NCBI GenBank assembly: GCA_051362555.1
Contig: CM120641.1
Coordinates: forward strand, 20,336,001 to 20,400,000
Direction of reading: 5' to 3'
Origin: Lingula anatina
Lineage: Eukaryota; Animalia; Brachiopoda
DNA: 64,000 nt
Part shown: one piece after another, positions 1 to 57,200 of the stretch
Position numbering within the stretch: the first letter of the stretch is position 1
How the letters are laid out: each line of letters opens with the position of its first letter
Program-made: the position numbers and the translations under genes
Notes under the pieces: generated by a model
Database searches by the model: none
What the model saw: only the letters and a program-made list of their open reading frames with translations
What the model was told of the DNA's origin: nothing

Positions 1-1737
1 TTATTTGGGGAAGGAGGAAACTTTAAAAATGACACCAAATAAATGCATTTTATATGCACTTGTTTCTCCTAGTCGGATACATGCATAGCAGTGATAGTAA
101 ATATAGCTCCTTGTGACAACTACCATATCACAACTACCTGTTTGCATTTCCAGTCATATTTTGCGGCGGCTTAACTGTGTACAGAATACAGTATGTACAA
201 AATCAAATAGTCCTCTAGTTGAGCTGTCACAACCTGAGTGGAAATACAGCTGACAAGTGTCATATGGATATAGCTGTCCATGGGTCCATAACATACCTGG
301 AATGAAAACAAGACTTAATTATGGTCCAAAGTTATTAACAACCCAATGGTTATGGAAAATAACGTAATGCTGTTATTGTTCAGTATTGAGTTGGTTCTAC
401 AATGCAAATTCTTTTGGGACAGGAAACTTTTTGTGCACTAACTGCTTGTTTAATGACAATGGAAAATAATTATTTGAAAACTGGTTCAGTCCTTTGAGGT
501 TTTGCTCTACCTAGTTCATCAATGACACTTTGTTGCCCAGGTACATTACTCTGTGATCTTAAAAACTGGTTTTGCACAAATTATAGTCCACTCTCTTCCT
601 GGCTAAAATACCCTACCATCAGGCCTGAATAAACAATACAGTCGTACAAATTCTTGAACATTATTTCTACTGTATTTATGACCAGTTCAACCAAACAAGC
701 AATATATAGCTTAATCTCTTAACTCAACAACTGGTCACACATCAAAATCTATAGAAAAGCTTAATTTTGGTATGTTAAATGGCTGCTTTTTTTTTTTTTT
801 AGACATACAGTAACTCAAAAATTCAAGCTCAAACAATTATCCATTAAATGTGTACATGATTATATTTAATGAAATCCATACATGTATCTCTATCATATAT
901 AATGGAGAAAAACATTTGACAAATTACTCGACACTCATCACAGTGGACATAATAATTTGTCAAAATCTATCACTGGGGCATTTCTCTTTCTTTAAGCAAA
1001 CTTACAGAGTACATCCATATTGCACGTAAAATCCTGGGCAAAATACTGATTTTTTTTTTTTTAATTTTGTCTTTAATTTTGTCTTTAAAAAAATGTTATG
1101 AAGTCCAATTTACGAATTGCCTCATAATTAAGTATTACCTTCAAGACATATGTAATATAATAAATTTCATAATCAGAATAAGTTACATATCTGTAAATCA
1201 AAATATACTAAGGCTTCATTCACATGCAATGTCTATTTTCTAATTTCTATTTTCTATTTGCGCTATCTTATGATCACGGTCTGTGCCCTGAATATCCCGC
1301 CGCGTAAATACTGGCAGCGCGAGCCAATTACTTATAGTAACTTATAGTAACTTATGAATTTATCAATTAACTTATTAATCAATCCCAAGTTGGCCAATTT
1401 CTAAATCATCCTGAAAATATGTTATCAAAATCCGCCTATAAAATTTTAGTTAGTTTTTAATATCTGCCTCACCAAAGGCAAGAACAAACCTTCCTTGGCG
1501 AAGGCCATAAGCCAGTAATTACATGAAGTACATGAAGTTGTGGCCAGTAATTACATAAAGTACATGAAGTTGTGCTCACTGATGGATCCAGTTTTGTACT
1601 ATTATTTTCTTGCTCGCTCGACAAATATGAAATAGTTAGATAGGGCAATTTCATTGAATTAGAAGAAAATTGGCTTTTTTTTAAAAAAAATCTCGTTTCG
1701 TTCTTTTCACTGTTTTTAGGAGAAGGGTGGGCCCACC

Positions 1738-1860
1738 ATGATCACCCTAGCACGAAATACATGCGTTAGCACTCTAATTTACGGTTATTGATAGCCAATA
1801 ATAGACCATCCGAAACCGTAAATTAGGAGTGCTAACGCCTGAATTTCGTGCTATGGTCAT
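1738..1860. repeat. Inverted repeat / MITE-like hairpin
   Basis: tagcacgaaat..gcgttagcactc-taatttacggtt pairs with aaccgtaaattaggagtgctaacgc..atttcgtgcta. Confidence 0.8.
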
Positions 1861-3320
1861 CCCCAACTCCGTCCTTGGTTTCGATAGAACTGTCACGTAA
1901 CACATTACTCTTCAAAATACTTAACAGATATATAATAACGTATACCTTACTCAAGACCGTAAATCATCACGAAGTTGGTCAGCATGTAGTTTTCAGTTTT
2001 CAGCTGTATCCAGTTTGAATGCAGTAGGTGAGACTGCACGGCGAGTTGTGTGCGGCAAGACGCAATCACATTCTGGCCTGCAATCACACCCAACACACTC
2101 TGGCTTCAATCACACCCAAAAAGTAGTCGATTGTGTTACATATTAACGGGTATATGAAAATTAATTTGATAAAATTAATGTACCCTTCAATAAAGCAATT
2201 ACAGTAGTAGCAGTAGTAGAAGTTACAATAATAATAATTATAGTAATAATAACAATAACTGGTTTGTGATTGCACACACATTGCATACAAAGCGTTGCAT
2301 CCGTGGGATATGGATAGAGGTTGAGGTAGCCTGGAAAATGGCCTTCATTCTGGAGATGATAAATAAATAAACAGATAAACAATCTGATAATTTTCTGTAA
2401 GCATTCCCCAGCACAGTATATCAAACTGTAGTAAACATCTGTGATTCTTTGACAGATTGGTTCCCCCCCCCCCCAACCTCAAAATCAGTACCATGGATCT
2501 GGATGACATTTGGCAGGTTGGTAGAGTTAATCGTTTATTATGTGTTCCAAAAAATCTAAATGAGCTAAAAATTAGGAAAATATTTCTCTGACTACACACT
2601 TGAAAACACAAATCCTTATGTCCTTCATCTTGCTCTTTCAAAGTTTTTTAAAGGTTAAAACTAACAAAAAAAATAACATAAACAAACAGTTATAATTCCA
2701 AATGATTTTATTGAATTGAAATGAAAAGTGAAACGGTTCATTTTGTGCACCTGCACCGTCCATCTATTCAGCAGCAAATACACAGATCTACGTGATTAGT
2801 CAGCAGAAATGAGGCTTCTTCATAACATCTACACGGTCACAACAATCTAGTCAGGTCCAAATAATTACCGATGTATAGGAGTCTAGCTGAAAATTTACTT
2901 GATGGGACTTAAGTGAATGGAATCATTTCTATCTCGTATCAGTGTCCCCCCTGCAGTCCACACTAACTGAAATAACTAAATAAATAAAACAACAACAAAT
3001 ACACCTCACTTGTGCCGAAGATGAAAATTACAATTGCAAGCAAACTATATCAGCTAACCAATCATTAAGTGCATGACAAAAGTTCTGCTAGATCCCATTC
3101 AGCATTATCATTATAAATATTCACAACTGAACATATACAGAACAAGCAAAATGTTTATAAAAAGTTTCATAAATGATGATCTGTACACTCAAGATAAGAT
3201 TAGCAATCAATTTTTGACTAATATATACTCATTTTGCATTATATATATAACACTGCCCTAAAACTTGTATGCTTTATATCAAAATTACATGAAAGTTTCA
3301 TCTACCAATATTCTTGGTTC

Positions 3321-3576
3321 AGGGGCCAGTGGCACAAGAGACTTTAGTCTTAGAAATTGGTCTAAACTTTTAAACAAAATTTTATGCTTTTTTTTCAGTT
3401 CAAGATAAGACCATAGCAATCCAATCAAGAGCTGTACCTAGCTTGGTCTACAATAGACTCAGTTTTTCATTGAATTGGACTATCAGTGACATATCTTGGA
3501 TCAAACTAGACTAAAATTTAGGCCTATCAGTTTAGATCAATTTTCTGGCTAAAATAATTTTGTGAAACCAGCTCAG
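3321..3576. mobile_element. MITE of the same family as 16745-17012
   Basis: ggggccagtggcacaa...ttgtgaaaccagctc with repeated tagact/ggtcta motifs. Confidence 0.5.
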
Positions 3577-6500
3577 GTACTCAAATACAGGAAATAATAA
3601 TAATAAAATCTTTCAAGTACAACTTAGTATGACAATGACAGCTTTGGTTTATTACCCACCTTTTATGAATTCTATTACATACTGATAAAAAATGAATTCA
3701 TCTCTAGAGTTCTTTAGTTCATATCTGTAAAAAATAATTCATCTAAAATAAACAAAGTTGAAATTTATTCAATAAAACAAATGGAGTAGCTATAAAATAG
3801 AAAACCATGTACTTGTATAAAAGAAAAACAAGATCCTTGGGCACACTGAAAGCAGGAATACGTGAAAAGTTAATAAAAACAGTTGAAAAAGCAGTTTGGC
3901 AATCAAAACAAAATCAGAAGTATCAAGAAATAAACCCCCTCAATTATGTGTTTATTTCTTGCTATGCCAGTTTGTTAACTGCAAATGCCAATGGAAAACA
4001 TCAGTTCCTTTATCACAATTTACAGATCTGAACTAAAATCTGTGTAAAATTAAAATTTGAAACAGTAAACAGTTCTTTGCTTTCACTTCAAAATTCTTAA
4101 ATAATACCACATACTATGCAGCACACATATCAAAGCATGATATAGGTTCTGGCACTACTTACAGGATAGTTCTAACAATTCATATCTTAGTAAGGACATT
4201 AAAACACTGATTTATTCACCAATTCAAAAACAGTATTCCAATGCAATCATTTCAAAAGCAATTCAATTTAGCAGCTTGTGTTTTATTTTTTAAAAAAGAC
4301 ACAGGATTCAGGCAACAGTTTCTTAGTAGGAAGGTGAATATCGCTCATGACTTGATGGATAAAATTGCAGAAATTCACCCCAAGTTACCAATGTCAAAAA
4401 GAAAAAAAATATATCTATATATATATATATATGCCCCATTTATCTTAACCATTTATAAGAACATTAACAGTGCTAGAAAGATCACAGAACAGTTACAGTA
4501 GAATGCATGCTTCCACAGGAGTCCACATGCAACAACGACAGTATATAACAACATGCTACGCACAAGTAAACAGGAAACACATGTGCATGACACATTGAAA
4601 AATCATGAACACGTGTAAAATTCACCACTAGTAGATTATTAAAAACATTCAAAATCTGAAAGAGCTAATAACTGAGAAAATATTTCACAGATTACACAAT
4701 TGAAAATATACACACATACATAATATATATTTATATATGTATTCACATATATCCTTAAACCCTAAACCTTGTAAGAAAATTTACACTTGGGTCCTAAAAT
4801 TTTTATAGAAAATCTCTATAAGTTGCGACTTAGAGTTGGTCACCATTTCATGGCAGTCCTGAGTGGGACTGACTATAACAAACATGCACCAGGCTTCATC
4901 TAGCCATTGCATTTAATAAAGCTTATCAGTGAGAATTGACAAGGTATCCCAAGACATTCGCGTGTCAGCTATATATGCACCTACCAAATTATAAAACTCA
5001 ACCATCATAACTAAAAAAACATCACTTTTGCCCTGAAGTATATAAATACATATGAATTTTTCCAAGATCTTACCATTTCTATAATTTGGAAGGTAAATGT
5101 ACTGACAACTGATAAAAATGGGATCTTCTCTCCCACACAAGACCAGCTGGCAAGTTTGAGTCTGCATTCGCTGTTATATCTAGCAATTGCAACATATTTA
5201 TGTGGAGTGTGTTACATTTTTGTTGATATTGATGTCCTCATGAGGCAACAGCAATGGTAACACTTGAAAAAAACACTTAAGACTATTTCATACGTACACC
5301 AAAGCCAACAAATATGCAATTTGGGGATGGGGTGGATGGGTGGGTCCATGTCATATAGTCTCTGCAGTCAGGGTGGGTGAATGTCCTAGCGTTTGATGTT
5401 TAAACAAATGAGAGTTCTTACTGAAAGAAAAAAAATGAAGAAAGAAATGTACACTCATGTGGAAAAGTGACAAACTTTACAATACTGATATTGAAAAAAA
5501 AAAAGAATCATTTCCAACTGTAGGTTATTCTCAATAATAACAATAACTTCAACAAATTTTTTTCATTTTCTTAATTTTCTGTACAGCATGAGAGGATTTG
5601 TTAAATTTGTTACTTGGATTTCAGTGTCTTATTTTTTTCACTTTATTTCATTCCCTCATACTTCATACCCCATACCCATATCAGTGAAGAGCAAACGGTG
5701 TAACAATAAACAAAAATCCCATGAACCACAAAAAAATGTCTGCATGGAAAGATAAAGTACAACCAACAGACTTAGTTGCTAACACTGGGCCCTCCCATTT
5801 ACTACAAAGAATGGCAGAAATATGGAACAGACTGTTTTTCCCATCCACCACAAATAAAAAAACAAAATTGACACAAATTATCATTTCCACTGTGAAGTAC
5901 CAGTAGTGTAAAGTACCAGAACAGTGTAAAACATTATTGACTGGCCATAATATCATACATGTATATATACAAGAGCGATCTCCCTGCTTGTGTTCAGTAC
6001 GACACATGTCAGACCACTGCTAGTCACTCTAGATCTACATCTACCATACAAGTCCCAGCCAAGATACAGTTAAATCTACAAGTCTGATTGTACAGCACTT
6101 TGTAAGCATAGGCTATCCATCCTTTTTCATGCCCACCAACATCAGTGGTCTTTCTGAGAGTGAAAGTAAACTACACCATTTTATCCCATAGAGCTAAATG
6201 CATCTTTGTCAAGCAAATCCATATATCCTCTTGCCAAACAGACCATAATTGACCTAGTACGCTACTTCTCCAGGGCCAGAGAGCGTACGAGACAGGGTAT
6301 GTTTAAGGCCAAAAACACAACCCAAAATGACACCCTCTGTAATAAAAAAAATTCAGCCTATTAAAAATCCCTTCCTGAGTCTGAAAGCAGCATCCCAGAA
6401 TAAAACCTCCCTGGAACAAATAGCTGATGCATCCAAGACAATCCCATTCTTGGGTCTGAAGCCCAGACATTCTCCTCCACAAGATTTGGGACAGTCCTGT

Positions 6501-6907
6501 CATGGATGGACGCTGAGGTATATAAGAAGCAGCTGTCACCATCTTGTCATTGCAGCAGACCACAGAAATACAACTGTCACCTTTCATGAAAGCAAGTGTT
6601 TGTGAGATAACAGGCACTGTGTCACGTTTCTCAAGCAGAGAGGGACAACCTTACGGAGAAGGTTGGTCCTCTTTTTTTTTTTTTCTCACAGAGAGTCACA
6701 TATGTCATCTTGATGTCATTTCAGCACTAAAATTTTTCTCTTAAATAATGAACCATGGTTCTGTTCATTCTGTGAGTTGTTGTTCTTCAGACTGGCAGAT
6801 ATACACAGGCTTCATGTTGCTTTCACTTTCAAACCGAACTGTTTTCCTCTGTAATGACTGAAGACTAGATTCACATCTCCTTGTTGGCAGACAGTATCAG
6901 TGTTGCT

Positions 6908-50818
<43,911 letters not shown>

Positions 50819-51006
50819 TCTGGATTACCATTGTTCTGTAGCTGAAAAGAGACAGCATTCCATTAAGCCTGAAATCTATTTTTGTGTTTCTAAATGCAAG
50901 AGCAATGGTTTTTCTACACATTTCTTGTTCACGTTAACACAATTGGTAATTTATTTATTCTTTTTCCCCACAAAAATGTAGAGCTCTTTAAATACTCATG
51001 AATATA

Positions 51007-54000
51007 CGGTAATGTGCCATGAATTTCGAACAGTAAAAAATAATTAAATTTGGGAAAAGATCGTTCTGGCCGAAATTCATGAAATGGAGATGCTCAGAAC
51101 TTCCGAAAGTTCGAATTTCATGGAATTCTGTTAATTTTGACCGGAAGTTGTCTGTTCGTCGCTAGGCCTTCTGTTATCTTCTCCCGACGATCTATTTAGA
51201 GTTACCATAATGTATGATGTGTGAGTGTCGGTAATTGCGACCAAAGGTATACACGTACTTTCACCCGATCACTGTGTATGGCCCATAGATAGAGCGGTAA
51301 TGTTGTCTAGGGCCGCAAAACAGTATCGTTATCAGTAGTGTCGTTTTTCAAAAGCGATTCTGGCAACCAGAAACAAGTGTCGTTTTTCAAAAACGATCCT
51401 GGTGCTCAGAACGGGAGTAGACGGAGGGAGAGACGGCCGACGATTAGCGTCTGCCACGGCCAGATAACCTTTATCAGAAGCTTAGTGTTACCGTTACTTC
51501 TTTCCGTGCACTGAAACCGAGACGACAGCCGATCAGTGTCTATGGCGCACGTGCAGGTAGCCTTCATCTGCGATAAGTGTTTTCCGCGACCAGGTTCGTT
51601 GCCTTTACCGTTAAAGTCGGGCGGAGCTTTACGCGCGAATGCGTCCTCATCTCGCCGTTCGCGGGTCGGTGTCTCCGACGCATACGTAGCCTTCCCTGCA
51701 GAAGCCGGCCACGGCACTACGGCCTCTCCTCCGTGCGGGGAGGCCACTACGACCGCAGATCGGTATGTGCGGCGCACAGGTAGCCTTCGCCACGGCAACC
51801 GAACTGTGTATTACGTTCTCTCTCCGTCGTGCGCTGCGACCAAGATGACCGCTGATTGTTGTCTGCGATGAAATATACTAGGTTTGGGGGGGGGGGGCAG
51901 GGCCGTTTTTTTTTTTGCTTAGGCAACCCAATCTTAACCAGCAGCAGCAACTGCAACTAATTTCCTGGCGCATAGTTGCGTCAATGTACGCATTTGAAAA
52001 GCGTGTACGTTTTGTCATTGAAACCATCTTCAAACAAACGCGAGAGATAGGTAATCTAGAGTAAACCGAAAAGCCAGTTTTTATATTCGTTCAAGGGACT
52101 GGAAGATCGTCAATGGGAGATAGTGAGCAATCTGAGCGCGACAATAAGCCAATTTCCACACTAGTTCAAGGGACTTCGTTACTATATTCGTCAGCAAGAG
52201 ATCGTCAGCGATCCGAGCAAGCATAGAAGCTTGGACTTTTTGTCCATGCTAGAAGGCAATTTTCATGTAATCAGCAGGATATGGTTTGCTGGTTTGCGAC
52301 AGGGGCGTAACCAGGCATACGCACGGATACACTGTGTGTATATAATTTCTTGGCCAACCATGATATTATTCTCTATAAATCTAGTGTACTTTTCAAGGAA
52401 TATTATCGAAAATCCCCTTCGATTATAAGTTAATGTCACCTGAATGTACAAATTCTCTGTATAATTTATATATGCACCATTGTTCTGACACCCTTCTCGT
52501 TTGCTTTCACAGAACTGAGGTAAACAATACTAGTTACCATCTGAAGTCCGATCTTAATCGTCCATCTAGCTGGAACTTGCTTTACCTATTAATTAGAGGG
52601 TAAAGTGCCCTTCAGCTCACAGGTAGCTTTTGTCTTGAGTGTATCGAACGCGATATTTATCTCAGATAAAAATCTACCTGTGTGTTATTTTCAAAGAGCT
52701 GCTCCAGCAGACCTGGGGGCACTAGATAAATCTGATCATCGGGTTAAACAAGGAGCCAGAGAAACAAAGGAAGATTGATTTTTCCTGCAAAGTTTCAAAG
52801 AATTTTGACACGGACTTGATCCAGCATAACCCTCCAAACTAACGGGGTGGTATGGGCAATTTTTACAAAATTTACAAACAATTAAACTTAGATATATTAC
52901 AATTTTATCCTTTAATATAATTTTGGGAGGCATGCACCCGCATGTAAGCTGGGTGATGTCAGTAAGCCCCTAGTTAAATAAACATACCCTTATGAGCAAG
53001 GCTTTTCCCAGCGAACCGTCCAGCCGTCATTTGGACGGCCGCTGACATCACCGGACGGCCTATATTTTCAAAGACGGCTAGACGGCTTGCGACTTTTTTT
53101 AATGACGTCTTGGCTTGTCGGGACAGCCGTGGACGTTGTAAGAAATTTTCTTAGAGTAATTTGGCGTACCTAGCTTTTATGATGCGTCACAGATGAATGG
53201 TACTACTTTGTAGTGTACGCTGATATTCAGTCACGACGAAACTACTTCATAAAGCTTACAAAACACAATAAAATGTTTCTATGAACTTTAAGATACACAT
53301 TCCACGCCGTATGCAGCAGTGACAAGAGTGACCTTCATGCGGTACAAAACACTAAGCAAACTACAGGCCAATTTGTGAAAGGGGACACCTTCCGGACCTT
53401 CATACGCACGGCAACTGACAAAGCTGATTGACAAAAAGGAAAATTTCACAATTTCAGCGAGAGATCGTTCGCAATCCGAGAGAGACCAGGAGGCAATTTT
53501 CATATTTGTTAAAGAGACTTCGTAAGCCAAAGGGCGAGACGAGAACGCAATTTTCGTATCGTCAGCGTCGCAATCCGAGTGAAACGAGAAAGCTCATACT
53601 CGTTCAGTGGCTTTCGTTTGCGGAAGATCGTCAGCCGGAGATCGTTCTCGAATGTTTTTAACCCTCCATCCGTCCCCATTGGAATTTATAATTTTTAAAA
53701 ATATTTTTCATTTCATTTGTACATTTCAAGGGACTTCATTACCGGAAGATCGTCAGCGGGAGATCGTGAACGATCTGAGCGAGACAAGAAAGCAATAATG
53801 GTTATCATTATTGCAGCTCTTAATATTGCTCTTTTGTTCTGTTACTGAAGTCTCTACTGTTAACAATGCTATTGTGCGCCTCAGCAAAACTACCAATCGC
53901 TATCTCACACCGAATACTGCGGTAAAGAAACAACAGCCCGACAGTACAACTCTTAATAGATTCTCCTGTTATCTGAATGAATAGATATGACGATGTTGTT

Positions 54001-54278
54001 TAGCGTCCTAAACTAACTGTACTGATCGTTATCTTGCACCTTGGGCCGCACACGTAGTACTCAGGTAAAGGTACGCTAGGGCAACATTGCCGACTGTTAG
54101 ATCTTTATAAGCACGAGAATAGCCTGGTGGCCGATTTTAAGGTGTACGAAATTCACGAAATCAAGATCACGCAAAATTGCTCACTGGCCGAAATTCATGG
54201 TCCAGAAAAAACTCCAGACGGCCGATTTTAAGATCGTTCGAAATTCAAGAGCCGTTCGAAATTCATGGCACTTTACCG
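51007..54278. mobile_element. Non-autonomous TIR DNA transposon, copy 2, same orientation as copy 1
   Basis: Same TIRs and TA flanks. Colinear with copy 1 apart from scattered substitutions and small indels. Flanking DNA is unrelated to that of copy 1. Confidence 0.9.
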
Positions 54279-57200
54279 TATATCTCTATCTCAATGGGTT
54301 GAAACTATAGCTGCTGAAACATCAATGCCCTTCCATTAGATGATACTACTTGTAAATCACTTGGGCTTTCAATATCTGAAAACCAGCAGAATATGTGGAT
54401 TATCCTTTATGCATAGTACCTCACCATGCCCCCTCCAATTAAAAAATATAATAAGCCAACTGGTGATATATTTAACACCTGCAATATTTTAATTCTTCTG
54501 CTCTCAGCTTAGCCTCCACAGATGAAGGCAAGCATGTGTACTAACAGTATATCCATGGTATCCACCCCCCTCCCCATACTGCTTCACACAGAGTTGTTTT
54601 GTCTCCTCCAGATACTGAATTAATTAGGTTTGTGCATGTTCTTGCAGTGATCTGAGTGGCAAGAACAGAACAGTAGTCAGACTGTACTTTACCTCAACAT
54701 GGTAGGTCTATTTACAAAACAAAAATTCTGAATGTTTGTATGGCTGTATACATGCACACACACCTCATCAAAACTAATGTGATATGTTGTTTAAGCTCCA
54801 TCTGATTTTTCTGTGTACTTCTGACTGTCTATGGTAGCATCAGGTACAAAGCTTCAAATATATAAGTTTACTTATTTATGCCTGTATACTTTTAAGCTAC
54901 ATCCACATACATAAAACATGAGTGTGTATCAATACTAATAATGAACAGAACCATATCAAGCCTGATATAATGATCACAAAAGACAACTGATGATCAGAAC
55001 ATTTTTTTTTTTTTTTGCAAGATGAAGTTATCTGTCTTCACACATGCAAACCAGTGTATTTTGCACCTAGTCTCAACACAGGGAGCACAGATGAGGCAAA
55101 CCGGCAGAAAACTGACAAAGTAATTGCTTTTTCATATCTCTTTCCTTTGAAGTGAATACACAAATTAACATGGGCCTTATTCAGGGACTTTTTCGTTCTG
55201 ATATAAATCCAGGTTTGCCATATCTCGTTCACACTTCTGGCTACTGTACCTGTTCTCTTTTTCTCTTACATAATATACAATACGTAAAATCCTTGATATT
55301 TACCACCATGCCTACACTGACTATCACTAAAAATACTTTATCTCAAATACAGCAGTCACTGAGATAAGCCACAGTACAAACCACTTATCTTAGACCTCTC
55401 TGTTCCAATTTTCACAAATATATCAGTTAGCTTATGCCACCCAATGCCTTTAAAATTGTCACAGAAATAACATCTTCTCCTTAGCTACTTGGAGTCAAAC
55501 CATTTCTACTAGTACCTTTATATTCCAATAAGCCTGGGCTTAGGGGCTTGAGATATATACCAGTATATCAGAACATGTCAAATTACTTGACAGCTTAAAA
55601 ACTTGCTCAATTTCAGAAGTATCATCTAAATTTGCTAATATTTTTCTTCAAATTGAAACTTGTGTTTATTCGTCATTTTTGTTGTTGCTTACCACATATT
55701 CCATCTTTTTATCATGGTTGCCATTCCATCATTTACACATTTTGCCACAAAAAGTATTTTTTAAAGAAGCAGCTCCATACATGAATTCTGAAAAAATGCT
55801 TTCTTCAAAAGCAAAACTGTTTGAAATATTTACGAATGATTTTCAATGCCAGTGACATAGACAATATGCTGTCATACATACTCTTTGAATCAACAATCTA
55901 TCAGCAATGCTGTCAACTTATAGATTTTTGAGTTCAAATTCAACCACGAGTTCACGGGGCATCCACTTTCAAGCTGTCTGAGTGGCAGCAATGCGATCCT
56001 ATGCATGTACACCAGATAAATACAGCTAATTTTCAACGTTTCTCTCCTTTCAACCACAGATCCTGCAAAATTGACGGAACTTTTATTCCTTTGTGATGTG
56101 TCAGATGTCCTGTCAGACTAGGTCACTAAAATTGTTGACTAGTGGAGTAACAAGGATAAATACTTCCAGTGATCAGTGAGAAAATTGCTCCATGGAGCAA
56201 ATAATGCTTGTTAAACAGAGAGCTGTCAGATAGGGCATGTGCTGAGGCTGGGTAAACTGACGGAAAATTAAAAGTGTAAATCCCAACCTGGCTGAGCCTA
56301 TCCTAATATCAACACCAAGAACAGAATCCTAATCAATGTTAAACCAGAACGCCAATAGGAATGATTTTTCTTATCAAATTGTTAATGTCACTCGGCAAAT
56401 CTTTGCAAATCTACTTTACTAGATTAACATTACTTTACTCTTTCAAACAGCTACTTGCAGATCTTAACACTCCCATCAAAATAGCTCAGTATACATTACC
56501 TGGATCTTCACAAACCACAGAGCACTGAGGGGCAAACTAAACATCGTTTTACAATTTCTGAATAATAAAAGATCACAAATTAACTGCTTACTTTGAGATA
56601 TCAATGTCACTTCACTTCTTTTCTTACTTTAAAAAAACTGAAGTGTTGAGACTGTCAAGCATCACACAACTTGTCCGCAGATGGAAAAAATCTAAAATAT
56701 TAAAATATTCCATCACAAGTTAATTCAGACAACAGCTACTCAAGAGACACCCCTGGTATGAATGTACAACTGCAATAGTAATTATTATTATTATCTATTA
56801 ACATAATAAAATTTCATATAAGATGATAAAATCCATGCTTTCTCAACACTTTCAAATTGCATACCTTTGTGTCAAATATTTAAGTTAAAAATGGGCTCTG
56901 ACTAGAAATATTTTAACAATGGCTATAAATTCTTTTCAAAGGAAATACATGAAATTTCTTACCCAAATACTAAATTACAATGGTTTACCATGGATTTGAC
57001 TGAATGGAAAAGCAAATTTTGCTCAACCAAAATTCATGCTAGAGTGTTCCCAGTATACTTTCTCTGCTATTCTCTGTAACCTGGTAGAAAGCCATCTTCC
57101 CTCCTCCTCTCTATCGCATATATTGATGATTAAATCTTGACCCTTTGTACGGCCATCTAGTAATTCATCAAGTTAAGTGGCTGACAGCATCTCTCTGAGG

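Noticed and set aside
1-6764. A second gene, or a defined poly(A) site, downstream of the PLC stop
   Set aside because: No convincing exons. Many AATAAA hexamers on the minus strand (e.g. 2707-2712) mean the 3' end cannot be chosen from sequence alone.
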